64,000 nt of DNA, taken from NCBI GenBank assembly GCA_030141605.1, contig JAQGDQ010000281.1, positions 62,001-126,000 on the forward strand, written 5' to 3'. Shown in pieces: positions 1 through 18,356 of this stretch. Position 1 is the first letter of the stretch, and every line of letters starts with the position of its first letter. The DNA is from Tubiluchus corallicola. Lineage: Eukaryota > Animalia > Priapulida. The notes under the pieces are model-generated. The model had not been told where the DNA came from. It searched no databases and saw only the letters and a list, made by a program, of their open reading frames with translations. Made by a program: the position numbers and the translations under genes.

Positions 1-2
1 CG

Positions 3-1523
3 TATGAAATCTTATTCAAAAAAGATGAAGAAGCAAAAACCTTGTGTACAGTGACACTGCAACAAAAAGATATTGACGAACTTAAATCAGCCATTGAAGA
101 CTTATACTACTTTGAGTTTATATTAGATGAACTGCCGTTACGTGGTTTCATTGGCCATTTAAGTGAAAGTGGATTTTTACCACATCGTCATGAAGTATTT
201 CTCTGGGTTCATCATCACTTTAGGATTGAGCACAATGGCAATCAAATTATTGCTGCCAATGTTACAACAAAAGATCACCAACCAATCAACCTGGATAATG
301 TCCAAGAACGCACAGAGATCACCTTTACATACAGTGTAAAGTGGTTAAAAAGTGATGCTAAGTATGAAGAACGTCAAAAGCGGTTGCATGATAGCAGTTT
401 TTTCCCCAAGACTCTTGAAATCCACTGGTTGTCTATCATAAATTCAATGGTTTTAGTTTTCCTCTTAATTGGTTTTGTCATCATCATACTTACACGAGTA
501 TTGAAGAATGATTTCGCAAAGTCTAATATGGATCCCGATGAGGAAGATCTTGACGTTGACGACAATGGCTGGAAAATCATACACACAGATGTTTTCCGAT
601 TTCCGCCCTACAAATCTCTGTTCTGTGCTGTTCTCGGAGTTGGTTCGCAGTTTCTAGCTCTGGCCACTGGCATAATAGTGATGGCATTGATTGGGATTTT
701 TAACGTTCACCGTCATGGTTCGATGAACACGGCTGCCGTCATTTTGTATGCTTTTACATCCATCATTGCTGGATATGTATCTGGCAAGACTTACAAGGAA
801 ATGAAAGGAGACAGTTGGGTTTGGAATATAAATTTAACCACTTGCCTTTTTGCAGTGCCTTTTTTCATCATTTGGAGCATTTTGAACACAGTAGCTTGGA
901 TTTACCATTCCACACAGGCGTTGCCCTTCACCACCGTCCTATTGCTTATGTGTATCTGGTTACTGGTCGGCTACCCACTTACAGTTTTGGGCGGAATCAT
1001 AGGCAAGAACTTTTCTGGAAGTTTTGACGCTCCATGCAGAACAAAAAACATTCCCCGAGAAATCCCGTCAGTACCGTGGTATCGCACAACAGTGGCACAT
1101 ATGCTTATTGGAGGCTTTCTCCCATTCAGCGCTATATCCGTGGAGTTGTATTATATATTCGCCACACTATGGGGACGTGAGATGTACACACTGTATGGCG
1201 TACTATTCATCGTTTATACCATTTTGATCAGCGTTACAGCATGCATTTCTGTAGCACTCACTTATTTTCAGCTCTCTGCAGAGGATTATCGTTGGTGGTG
1301 GCGTTCAATTTTCGGAGCTGGGTCTACAGGTGGTTTCGTCTTTTGTTATGCATTGTTTTACTATTTTCAGAGGTCAAACATGACGGGAATACTGCAAACG
1401 GCTCAATTTTTTGGTTATACCCTCCTGTCCTGTTATATCTTTTTCCTGATGCTTGGAACAGTATCTTATTTTGCATCTGTAAAATTTATTAGATACATCT
1501 ATAAAAATATTCACATGGACTAA
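3..1523 (+). CDS. TM9SF1: Transmembrane 9 superfamily member 1 (EMP70/nonaspanin family), 5'-partial; single uninterrupted exon across the visible part
   Basis: Frame is open from base 3 ([16 protein letters not shown]...), so the ORF-track start at 42 is not the true start. Motifs [61 protein letters not shown] and multiple hydrophobic helices; stop TAA 1521-1523. Confidence 0.95.
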   Translation, partial: YEILFKKDEEAKTLCTVTLQQKDIDELKSAIEDLYYFEFILDELPLRGFIGHLSESGFLPHRHEVFLWVHHHFRIEHNGNQIIAANVTTKDHQPINLDNVQERTEITFTYSVKWLKSDAKYEERQKRLHDSSFFPKTLEIHWLSIINSMVLVFLLIGFVIIILTRVLKNDFAKSNMDPDEEDLDVDDNGWKIIHTDVFRFPPYKSLFCAVLGVGSQFLALATGIIVMALIGIFNVHRHGSMNTAAVILYAFTSIIAGYVSGKTYKEMKGDSWVWNINLTTCLFAVPFFIIWSILNTVAWIYHSTQALPFTTVLLLMCIWLLVGYPLTVLGGIIGKNFSGSFDAPCRTKNIPREIPSVPWYRTTVAHMLIGGFLPFSAISVELYYIFATLWGREMYTLYGVLFIVYTILISVTACISVALTYFQLSAEDYRWWWRSIFGAGSTGGFVFCYALFYYFQRSNMTGILQTAQFFGYTLLSCYIFFLMLGTVSYFASVKFIRYIYKNIHMD

Positions 1524-2793
1524 TTTATGAAGTGATAGTGTCATGTTCATTAGTGATCAAATGCAGTGTTAATGCACAGTTTAAGTTTGAATTGTTATAT
1601 TTCAATATTTTGTGTTATATGTCACATGGTTATTGCGCAATGTCAGTGTATGTATATATATTTTGTGATGTCTATACTTTTATTATAATTATTCAGCAAT
1701 TTCCTGTGAATTGGTTTTAAAATTTTCTCTGTACATTTACGGAGCTGCTCTTCCCATAGTGACATATGAGGCTAAACCAAACCATTTTTATCTGGTAAAC
1801 TACTGTGGCTATCGAGTCTGAAATTTCAAATGTGATTTGTGAGCTTGCAAACTTTTGCATCTAGTTTTGTGATACTTATCACTGATGAACTATAAATAGT
1901 ACATTAAATTACTGTTTTACTTATTATTTGTAGATTCTGCACGAGTTCATGATTTCATTTGGAGAAAAGAATGAAAAAAGACACATTTTCTAAATATTTT
2001 TCTTGACGTGTTACTGAAAAATATTAATATGGTGTTGTATTTCCTGTCGGTTTTGCAGACTTTGTTATGTGCTAGCTTCATGATAGTCTTGAAAAAAATT
2101 GCGGATACAGAAGGGATATTATTATACATAATAAACATTTATTACTTCATTTCCTTGATTTTTGATTTATGGGAATACATTATACCAAAGTTCTGTATAA
2201 ATAAAAATTGCACGTATAATAATGCACTTATACTATAGAAGTTATAACGAAATTAGTCTTCTTGCAAAAAATATTTTATTCGTATCTTCACGTATGATTT
2301 TTATTCATATGTTATTGTTTACATAGAAATATAAAAGTACAAATTCATTAGTTTTTCCTTGGTAGTACATGGAGGGGGAAATATTTAAATATTTTAATTC
2401 AGAAAATATTCAAATCGAGTTGAAACTAGGATATAACCATTATAACAACTAAATTTTAGCACCTAAAAATGTACAACCAAACTGTTTATTATTGCAGCTT
2501 AAAATTGCACTATTGACTAGTTCTCAATCCACCAAGAACCATAACAGTAAACAGAAAGAACATCTACATATAGAAAAAACTGAATTGTGCTAAGGACGAA
2601 GTAATCCTGTGTACGTTACTTGCTTCGGCAAATCATTTTAGGGGTGCCTTATTGCAGAATACAGGTTGAAACACAACAGAAGCAGCCACTTTAGTTATGC
2701 GGTTTGTTTAAGGATTCTTCAATAAAGAATTTGCAGACCAGCTAGTAACAGAGGCGTCTATACTAGAGACAGTATCTCATGTTGCTTTTACTG

Positions 2794-5700
2794 TTAGTAT
2801 CCACTGCTCAAGTCAACAGGATACTTCAAAGGCTTACCATTACAAAATCTCTTGTAGTTCTCTGCAAACAAATCAGCAACCTGAAACACATAAAAGTTAC
2901 AGAGATACTAAAACGCAAGCATTTTAGCGTGCACTTGTGCTGCTATATTCATTAAAGGAAAGGACATGTCATTTACCATGCTTGGTTCATTTTATTGCTA
3001 TCACTTAAAACTTAGAAAAATATAATAAACAAATTTACAGAAAAACTGTCTATAAAGCATAAAGTTAATTCTTATTAATGCTGTTTTGGATTTTTCAGAC
3101 ATAGTGATAGCTGCCATATACTTGAAAATAATGATGTAACTGGTGGCTTTTCAGAAGCAAGTGCTGCTTAAACTAATTCAAACTTTATCAATTTATGTAA
3201 TGATCATGCTGAAATATCACAAAACTAGCTAACTAATTTTGTGTAAAAACATAATACTTTTGGTACATATGCATAGTGTGCAACTTTTCTTCAATAAGCC
3301 AAAGACATCATTTGCAGAAAAACAGCATCCAAAATCAAAATGGGAGTGTCCAAACGTGACATGATTGGATCTTTAAAGTAATTTTACTAATTACACAAGG
3401 CGTTTACCACACTTCTACTGTTGAAACTTTCTAATTTTTGCAAACATAGAAATAAGCCTGACTTCCCAGAATCCTTGATTTTGGCTTGTCCTTAAAATCA
3501 ATGAATTAATTGAATTAAAACTTTCTAATGGCTTGTGCAATAATTCACAAAACTTGGTCAATAACAACAGGTATGACACACATGATAACTGTGCTGTATG
3601 ATAATACTCGTTGTGTGAGAGATCTTTAGAAGACTATTACCAAATTAGCAGAAAACTGGCGCAAGAAACTTTTGTAAATAACTACACATTTCTCATTTAA
3701 GCCACCTCACAGAATGCCCTTTCTTAGTAATATAGTGTCACTGTTCTCTAATCACACTTTTTAAAATTATATTTGTAGTGTTTTGGTATATTTTACCGGA
3801 TGGCACGCTCAAGCAATCAAATAGACATCTGTAGACATCAAACAATCTTGCAAGGTAAGCTCCTGTGTAAGCATGTGTTATGCCATGGTTGCAATAATAA
3901 ATAACTCCCTAAAACTAAGCAGTTTGGATATAATGAGGCAAGACACTACAGCCAAAGCTTGCGAATTTGTAAAACACATTTAAAAATAATGGCAACAATA
4001 ATAAAGTATGCAAAAGAATTTCGCAATTCCACTTTCTTGTATATAAGATAAAACAAGAGAACACAAACGAAAGATTTTTTGTATACAGCACCTCATCAGT
4101 ACCTGGTAATCGAATGAAATGGCAGCAACATGAGGCGTTATGACTGCATTTGGCAACTGCCACAGCCTAGAATGCTCTGGGAGGGGCTCTGTGTTAAAAA
4201 CGTCTAGTATGGCTCCTGCAATCCAACCTTTATCAAGTGCTTCTAGTAAATCATCATCACTAATCACGCCACCACGTCCGATATTGATAAACACAGATTT
4301 CTAAAAAAATCTAATAAGTTAACTACAGAGCAATAAATTTCGTGTGGTAAAAGACGAGCATTGATGGTAATAACGTTATTTACATTTTTATTATAACCAG
4401 TTATTTTTCTAGCCCGTCAGTACTTAAGATGAGTGACTTTACAAATAAAATGCTATATCTCAGGATTTCTGTAGAAATGTAGGTACTGGACATAGCTAAA
4501 CTTTAAATGGTCACCTATGAAACAGTTGCTGAATACAAAGATCATCTGAATACTTGCTGTGTCAAGCAAATGTTGAACTAATTAATAATATTTGTGCATA
4601 TAAAGTAAGACAACCAGAAGGAAAAACCGTTTCAGTTTTTTCAGATTGGTCCCAATAAGCCATTTGGCACTTTAGACAACAGCTTACATGCAACAAGGAC
4701 AAGTGAACAAGAATAACTTTTACATAGTTAGCCAATATTAGAAAATTAATGAACTGAGGGCCTGGGTCCTTAATAAATTAAGCAAGTCCTCTAAACACAA
4801 CATTCTGTCTCGAGAAAAAAACATTAGTCAATGCGCAATCTCCCATGCTTATCCAATCACATACTAACAACGATGTAAAACCGAGTGCTGCTTAACAATA
4901 AAAGTTGCTTGCTTAAAAACAGCAAAATTGCATTGCATAGCAGAAGTGCCCGTGATTGCATATTTCAAGATGTAATCAAGGGAAGAGTATAATTCAGAGT
5001 ATTTTCATATTATAACATCTACCTTCTTCATACAGTTTTTTAAAACTCCATGATCTAGAAGACCTGTTGTGTCTTGTGTGTGAGGTAGTACATTGCAAAT
5101 ATAATCACATGATTTCAGGATTTCTTCCAAACCATCTTGTAGCCTACAAGTAGATAAAAATCAAAAATTAATGCTTACTCCTGTTGTGCAACCTAGAACT
5201 AAGTGCTTCATTTTTTTATAAAACTAGTCCTCAATTAATCATTCTTAATCCACTGTCGGTCATTGTCTCTTTCATTGTCAGCTCACTCTTAGTTCCCGGA
5301 TTATTTTTTCATCACAGCCCAATTGAAAGACTGGAAAAACAACAGGAAACAATGCTAGACAAGTATGAACAGAACAGAGCAGCATAGCAAACCCAGTGCC
5401 ATTCTATATTACAAACGCACAATGTCTTAGTAAAAACTTAACACATCATTCCAGGAAATCATAAATCAAATGCGACAAAATGCACATCAAAAAAAAAAGA
5501 AATATAAATATATAAATTTATATTTACATATTGTACTGACTTTTTCTGAAACAACAGCATATTAGTAATGCATAAAATTACTTGATATTCCAATGTTTAA
5601 ATTGAGAAGAAAATTAAATTAGGTTTGATTGCCTTTACATTTAGTGAAGGTCTTCCTACATTTATAAAATGAGTTTTGGTAACTAATGTACTATATCACC

Positions 5701-8700
5701 TGATTATATTTTAGAAATGGATGATTAAATATTTGAAGTTGTGCAAAAAATTCAACATCAACAAAATGGGCAACAAGTTAACAGAAAGTGAGTTTCAGTG
5801 CATGAAACCATGAACACGCAGAAAACCTACCTAAATTCATCTATATATCTAGGTCGTTCTTCCTCTAGCGGAATTCTTCTTACTAAACCCCAAACTTTCA
5901 TTCCAAAAGTCTTGCACACCTTTGCAACTGAAAATTAATAAAAGTTGTAATTTAATGTGGAGCACAGCAAGATTAACAAGATTACAATTGTCTAATCAAC
6001 AAAAAAGTTCATCAGGCAAGTTGCACTTTTGAATTGTGAACATATGCAAATACGGAACTGCAAAATTTGATTTTTTACCCAATCAAGTAAATGCCATATG
6101 ATTAAAAATTTCCCCATTGATTAGTACCTTCACGGCCAATATCTCCAGCTCCAAGAATGCCAATACTGAGAGCATCCAACTGTCTATAATTTGTTAACGT
6201 AGCTTGCTGCCTAAAATGTCATACAAAAAACATACAAAACCATACAAAAAAATCTGACTGGCTGGCATTTACACTTTCAGTTGATGATGTATAAGTGGTA
6301 GGTCTCTGAATAAATTAGTTAATAATTACTGAAACTCTTAAAATAGCTAATATTAAATACTCAGTACTTTACAATCTTGGTACTCTTGTAAACAATGCCT
6401 ATACCTAAATATGTAATATACTGTTTTATTAAGGTATTCTTACTGAAATACTTAATATGTGCTTTACATATAATAAGTAGACAGTGGACCTGCCTAGTGC
6501 AAAACTCCAGATCCTAGCCTTCTGAAACTGAGTGATTTCATCTCTGTGTAGTAATGATGTAACAGCTACAATACTTAAAGCCAGGCAGCTACTTTTTAAG
6601 CAGTTCCTATATATAAAGTAATTATTCACTGAAGCCATACTAAATGTCTCCAAAAGCAAACAAAAAAACAGCAAAAACATTGAAAATAACTATAAAAGAT
6701 GCAAACCACAAAGATTCTTTTTGTTGTTCCCATGTTAAGTGAAATTTTCGTTCTCTGGCAATGATGTGTCCAATGACATACTCAGCCATTTGTGGACCAA
6801 AAACTCCACCCATTCTTGTCACAGTACAAGCAGGCTGTTCCTGCAATGAACAAAATTGAGTTTAAATACAAAACTAACATTCTCAAGCTTGTATCTTCAG
6901 TAATTTGAAAAAAAAGAATTGTAACAGATAGAGCTGCCTCAAACGAAACATTAACATAAACAACAATAGGCAACAGCATAGAAAATGAACTGGTGACATG
7001 TCCTTGTTGACTGCTGACTTCACAAGATGCTAACTGTTAAGAGTGGTCAGCACGTGAATGCCTGGGTTCAATTCTTGCTCTGGGAAGTTTCGTTTGCCAT
7101 ATTCCGCGAGATTACCGCAATGAGGGAGGATATACGTACAAATTCAAAAGTGGCTAGAACAGTTTTGCTGGTTCAGGAGCTCATCCTAGATGCATAATCT
7201 TGATAATAAGCCACATGTGTGGACCATACTGTTTCGTATAAATCATCTTGACCACAGGTGTGGACCATCCTGTCTAATATAAACGCCAATGTTGAATAAG
7301 GCCTGCCAGTGAATGCTGGAATTTCAGTATGCATTGAGCCGAATTTTACAAATAAAAGAATCAAAATATTAAAACATTTTTGGATTAAACAAGCAAACAT
7401 TATGAACCAGCTAAGACCTGGAATCCCATTTACACTCAAATGTTAAACAGTGAACAATGAAATGCTCATTCTTGTATGTTTGTAACAGACAAATGATACT
7501 AACACAAATCTTGTAAGTGTAAGTGGAGAGGTTCTTCCTATTGATTTCATGTTCTTGGAAAATATAATGATCTAGAGACATCTAATGAATGTATAACTAG
7601 CAGCACTAACCTTAATTTTGTTAATAATTGGTTCAACTCCTAAAAACAAAAACAGGATAAAAAGATTCAAATACAAAATATCACTAATGCACAATGGAAG
7701 AATTATTTACGGCACAATGAAAAACTCAGTAGTTTAAAGTTAGCATGTGTGAATGGCAATTAAGGAACTTTCTGTTCAATCCTTCTACTCAGGAATTCGA
7801 GATGTTTATCTCCCTCCATTCAACACACTTTTATTTTGCCTCGATATCCATTTTTTTTCTATCTTAGACAAAGTATTAATAATTAAATTTGCTCTACAAT
7901 ATGTACCAATGCCCACCTGTCCAATAAAGAGTGAAAGTGACCTACCAGCCCATGTACATTGCATCCATTTTAGATTAGGTAGCTTTCCAATCACCTGAGC
8001 TCCGAGATCAGGGTCTGCCAGCAAAACTGTCGCATTGTCTAAAGTAGAAATCTGCTCCTTGGTTAACTTTTGATTACCCTCTGTTTAATAAAACATTGAA
8101 CAGTTACCTGCTATGCTTGGCAAATATGCTAAATTTACATAACTAGGCTTTTATAATTTTTCTTTCTACTCAGTGATCACATGTTTATTATAACAAAGCC
8201 TATGAAATGTAACGTCAAAAACCTATTAACAGTAAAATGAGAGCAATGATTATAACTCAAGAAAAACACAATTCATGATTAATACAAAAGAACTTATTTC
8301 AGAGAAATTCGACTTTTGTTGTAAGCAGGTTTGAGGTTTGCAGAAAACGTAAGACAAATGTGAATGATATCAATATCATTTTGCACTGCAAGTTAACAAG
8401 TGATACATGCTTACATGTTTCTTTCGTCACACGCAAATAACCTACGACAGAGAGTGAGAAGAAACATCACTAAAGATCATCAATATTATTACTAGTATTG
8501 GCAGCTAGCTAATTAGTCGGCAGTTGGGGAAAAGTTATCTCTGTTCTTGGTTGTGATACACACACGCGCATGTGTGCGCACGCACACGCACGCACACACA
8601 CACACACAGATATAACATATAAAACATATACAATAACAACCTCCTCTCCTGGTTCACTGCCTCGTTACAAGAAATTACCCTTGATAATGAGTAGATTTCA

Positions 8701-9476
8701 ATCTTGACACGTTTCACAGTAGTGCTCTGCTATTAGATGAATAGTAACGGCACTACAAGTATCTAGCTTTGATAGAATCACCATAACCAGTAGAATGTGA
8801 CTGAGAATGCAAAATTAGCTGACACTGACAGTGGCTTGTCATTTGCAATCCTGTATCTTCTAAATCTTCTCGTATTTCTTATATGGTTCTGTTGGAAATG
8901 TATTTACAAATAAAACAGCTTATTATAAATCTAGCATGTGCTTTTCAGCATTGTTGAAAATGGCATTGCAGTCTGTACAGTATACATACAGTCTGCACAA
9001 CTCACTTTTCAGTTGCGTGCTTCATTCAACCAGAGGCAATGATATTATATTATCATCAGTTAATTCAATGTTAATAAAATTGTTATTTTTAAATACTGTG
9101 TACATTATAGCCGTTAGCACTGAGGAAGAATTAGAAAGCAAAAATAAAGTGCAACTTAGTGTATTGTCTTAAAATGTATTACATGTAAGTATAAATTTGT
9201 TTGTATCTCTCCAAGAAGACACAAGAATAATAAAACCAATTATTATAGAGAGCCGAGGTAGGAAAAGATCAAAGGTCACCAATTAAGTCAACCACTCCTA
9301 GACGAGTTAATAAATGTAAAGTTTGTAGTCTTTTAAAAGATTGCTGTAGATTTTTCACCATGTACGAATTCGCTGTTAATCACTTCCACATCTTTCAATC
9401 GTTGTTGAACATTAACATACAATCCAGGAACCTTAGACAAGACAAAAACACATGGCCTAAGCGTGTGAACTGCCAT
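2794..9476 (-). CDS. D-isomer-specific 2-hydroxyacid dehydrogenase, glyoxylate/hydroxypyruvate reductase A (GhrA)-like, 9 exons, ~333 aa
   Basis: Exons 9476-9359, 8080-7946, 7639-7611, 6840-6707, 6210-6128, 5927-5831, 5143-5023, 4300-4103, 2880-2794; all GT-AG and phase-consistent. Motifs KWMQCTWAGVE, QMAEYV, Rossmann GILGAGDIG, FINIGRG (Arg), LDVFNTEPLP (Glu), ITPHVAA (His), C-terminal VDLSSGY. Confidence 0.88.
7040..7140 (+). mobile_element. Possible tRNA-derived SINE head fragment
   Basis: B-box-like GGTTCAATTC at ~7064-7073 preceded by weak A-box-like GTGGTCAGCACG; no complete cloverleaf. Confidence 0.3.
7150..7440 (-). mobile_element. Decayed CR1/L2-type LINE ORF2 C-terminal fragment
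   Basis: Minus-strand translation gives a degenerate LF(V)K..R..LE......W.P......L.R-like stretch typical of the post-RT region of CR1-group ORF2; frameshifted. Confidence 0.35.
8558..8608. repeat. (CA)n/(CG)n mixed purine-pyrimidine microsatellite
   Basis: acacacacgcgcatgtgtgcgcacgcacacgcacgcacacacacacacaca seen directly. Confidence 0.9.
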
Positions 9477-11302
9477 GTTTTAGCAGCATGCTTGCTAAGT
9501 ATGTTTTTTCAGATGTTCGAAGATGTCCTGTCTTGCGGAAGTAAACACATGTGAAATACTCTGTTGAAACTGTGTCATTTGTAGATTATATTAAACTTTA
9601 GAAAACTAATAGTTGTTTATGCATTTTTACCGATAGTTTAACTAAGCTATTGGGAGCGGAGTAGGACACTAACCGAAGTAGGACAATTGGCGTACATGGG
9701 CTAGCCCTGTCGTACATCATATGATATTATGGGTTGCCCAAGTAGGGAACTAGAGACAGGTCACGAATTCAGTCTTTAACCGTACTGACAGCGTCCGTTG
9801 TCCTTGTTTATTTAATAATAATAATTGAAAACGTCAATACACGTTGAATAATTTATCATACATCTGACAAAATGAAAGAATCTTATACTGAGCTAGTTGA
9901 ATGGCCAATATTAAATTTGGCTTCGATATTAATCTTTTTGAAGTAAAATAAGCCCGCTTTTTAGGCAATTCCAACATTTGTGTAAGGTATATCATTTTTT
10001 GTTTTGTCTTGCTTCACAGACAGGCGATTAGTTTCACTACCTCTTGGAATTGTTTTCTACTAACTAAACGGGCTAGCGAGCTGTGTGCCCCACATAGTTT
10101 TTCTCTTTAAAGCATTAGATATTTGGTTTAATGTTGTGATGATATTAATGGAGCTAATAATAATCATGATATTATTATAGAAATACATTTGTAAATTGTT
10201 AAAAACTATCCATCGTTATTATAAAGTTACTTTTTTCTAAAACAAATTTAATTTTATCTTTTATTATGTCATAATTCTCTACAGAAATCACCAGTGCTGT
10301 ACTTGGGCTGCCCTTGCACAACACTGCTTTTCCACAAATTTTGCACATGCGGCTTTAGCCGAAGTGTCTTACTTCGACTAGTGGCGTACTCTGCGCCCTA
10401 CAGTAATATTAACCATATGATGAATTTCGTGCGCTCGCTTGCGAAGGCAGAATACCTTGGTGCTGAGCCAATATCCTGGTGCCGATAAAACAATCTGCCA
10501 TGTCTACCACCATTTTGCAGAAAAACAATTATTTCACTGTCCTTTTCGTGCCCAAGTAATTCACTGGTAAGTCAGGTACCAATAAGTCAGTGTGTACATG
10601 CAGGTGCATATATGCCTAGCCTGAAGCCATCGTTATGGCATCATTGAACTTTGTTTGTGAAGTTTCCATTTTTGGGGACATCTTGAAAAAATAATTTAAA
10701 CACAGTAGAATGTTCATTATGCAAAAACTAATTAAATTATCAACAAATTCGATGCTAAATCATTTACATGTATAGCTGATTTACTTATGTAATAGCTAGT
10801 GCTACAGTTCAGTCCAGGTAATAGTTTGAGTGCACGTAAATTTATCATTCCAACTTGTCAAGGGGTCGCGCCTCAACAGTTAGCATACACTGTGATGCTA
10901 TAATTACTACATGGAAGAACTGCCTATTTGTAGAGACATGGAAAAGATTTAGTCATCAAAAGGTTTTAAAATACTGGTTAGGACATACTATGAAAAATTA
11001 AAATTAGACTGCAGCTGCATGTTTGACTATGCATATAGTAGATTGCTGTTATATTAGTGTTATTGCTATTTTAATGCCAAAAACTGAAATAATGTTGCAT
11101 AGTCCACAAATTAGATGTATAGTAGTATTAGGGTTTTTGCTTTAGAAGCTAACTTTCTGATTCTAATTGGTTGAAAATATTATAGCAGGTCTAAATTTAT
11201 GACCTAATTAGCGATTATATCAACTTTTATTCTTCAGTTGACAATGTGTGGATCTTAAACAATGAAGCTTCATGACTGTAGTTTAACCTAAAATGAGCAT
11301 GA

Positions 11303-16563
<5,261 letters not shown>

Positions 16564-18356
16564 CAAAAACATCACAACATAGTGATGCAATCGTATGTTT
16601 CGCTTCACCATGAAAAACGCTACGAGATTGGAAACTATAACAACTAATCAACCTTTTTGTGTTATTAACTCTCTAATAAACCAGTACTCGATTTTATTGC
16701 CAAATAAACTGACATTTGTTGCTGATATAATCATTATCATAATTAAACACCAAATAAAGGAGTTCATGAGGTGAGTTTAGTACACGAACATTGGGAAAGT
16801 GCTCACTGTAGCTAGGAATATCCGATGTCATAAGTTTTTAGGTACCAAACTTAATGTCTCAAGTGCAAGCTACGAATTTAAAATCAAGAGCACATAGTTG
16901 ATCATGGCAGGCTTTTTTACATTATATTGACTCATTAATCACCTTGGGCCGAGTGCATTGGCTTGTATTCAATGAGGGAATGAATAGAGTGAAATTGTGC
17001 ACCTTGCAAATGCATTATAACACTTGTAATTTCATGTCAAGTAATCAAATTACTGTGAAATTTAAATTACATACTTTAAGTAGATAGTACCTTTAGTTTA
17101 ACTACAGCTGGAAAAAATGACAAACTTCATCTGTAAATATGATTACATGAAATTTTTAAACAAAATATTTTTGCCTCTACTGTATGCTTAATCTTGAAAA
17201 AATTTAAATTATACACAAACTTAAGTGTGTGTCTAACTGCCACCTAGCTTATGTAGTTCAAAAAATAATGTTAATCATTCTCTCCATTACGGATTTCTTT
17301 GGGATGCAATGTATTTTAATCACCAATTATATCTTGATTGAAAACTTATGCAGTAAATTTGTACAGTATGCTCTTAATTATCTGTTTGCGGATCAAACGT
17401 GCTATGGATAATAAGTGTAATGTTCAGTATTATAGGACGTTAACTTTCTACTGGTACAAGCCTGTTTCCATCTAGCTTTACATAAAAAAACAAAAACATT
17501 TTGTTGTCTGAAATAAACTAATAATATTAAATTGCAAGCAGTATGGAAGAATCACTTTTCAGCTTACATTTATCAATTTTTTTGTCCTTTCAAGTGAACA
17601 TTTCAATTTTTTATGACCCCAAATGAGTCTTAAAATGACAGCCTGCCAGGAATATTATCTGACAAAACTTATCAGGCAGTATTCTGACAAAACTTCAGAT
17701 TCTGATTATGATAGCGCAGACTGCAAGCAGTTTACTTGCAATGTCAATACTGTAGCGCTATCTCTCTACGTACATTTCGGTATTGCCACAGTATAATTAG
17801 TATCTTTTCATTATCAAGACTGAACCTCGAAATCGTCACTTGAAAAACAGGATACATGATAGAAATAGTAACTGTATCACAAAAATTTTTGGATATGAAA
17901 AGGTCAATGCTAAATACCAAGTTTATATCATGAGTGCTTTTATTTCTCATTATAGGTTATTTTTATTGCTCTATCTTATGTGACGATATTTTTGTAACAT
18001 TATTGGTGATTTGTTATAGCAATTCTTTCACCAAGAATGAGTGACACAGCAGGCATTCATTGCATCAGGGTTATAAATCGATGATAAAAATTGTAATTTT
18101 AATGTGTATTTATAAAGCGAGTATTTCAATCATCCTAGCTTGTCAGTTGTCTGTGCAGCCACACCGGAGACCAACATGATCCGGAGTATACTGTGGTAAA
18201 CAGCATGATAGTTACAAATTTTTAAATGCAATAACTTAGCAAATCTTCCTTGCTTTGCTAAGACACAACAGAGTGAGATACATATATATTTCCATTCACA
18301 ATACACACAGTCTAAAAATGACGAGAAATGATAACAGTTGAGCTAATAGATTAGAT

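Noticed and set aside
7040-7110. tRNA gene
   Set aside because: A B-box-like motif is present but there is no acceptor stem or cloverleaf; at most a SINE relic.
17655-17700. Short direct repeat tctgacaaaactt x2 as CRISPR-like or regulatory array
   Set aside because: Only two 13-bp units in eukaryotic UTR/intergenic DNA; a simple local duplication.
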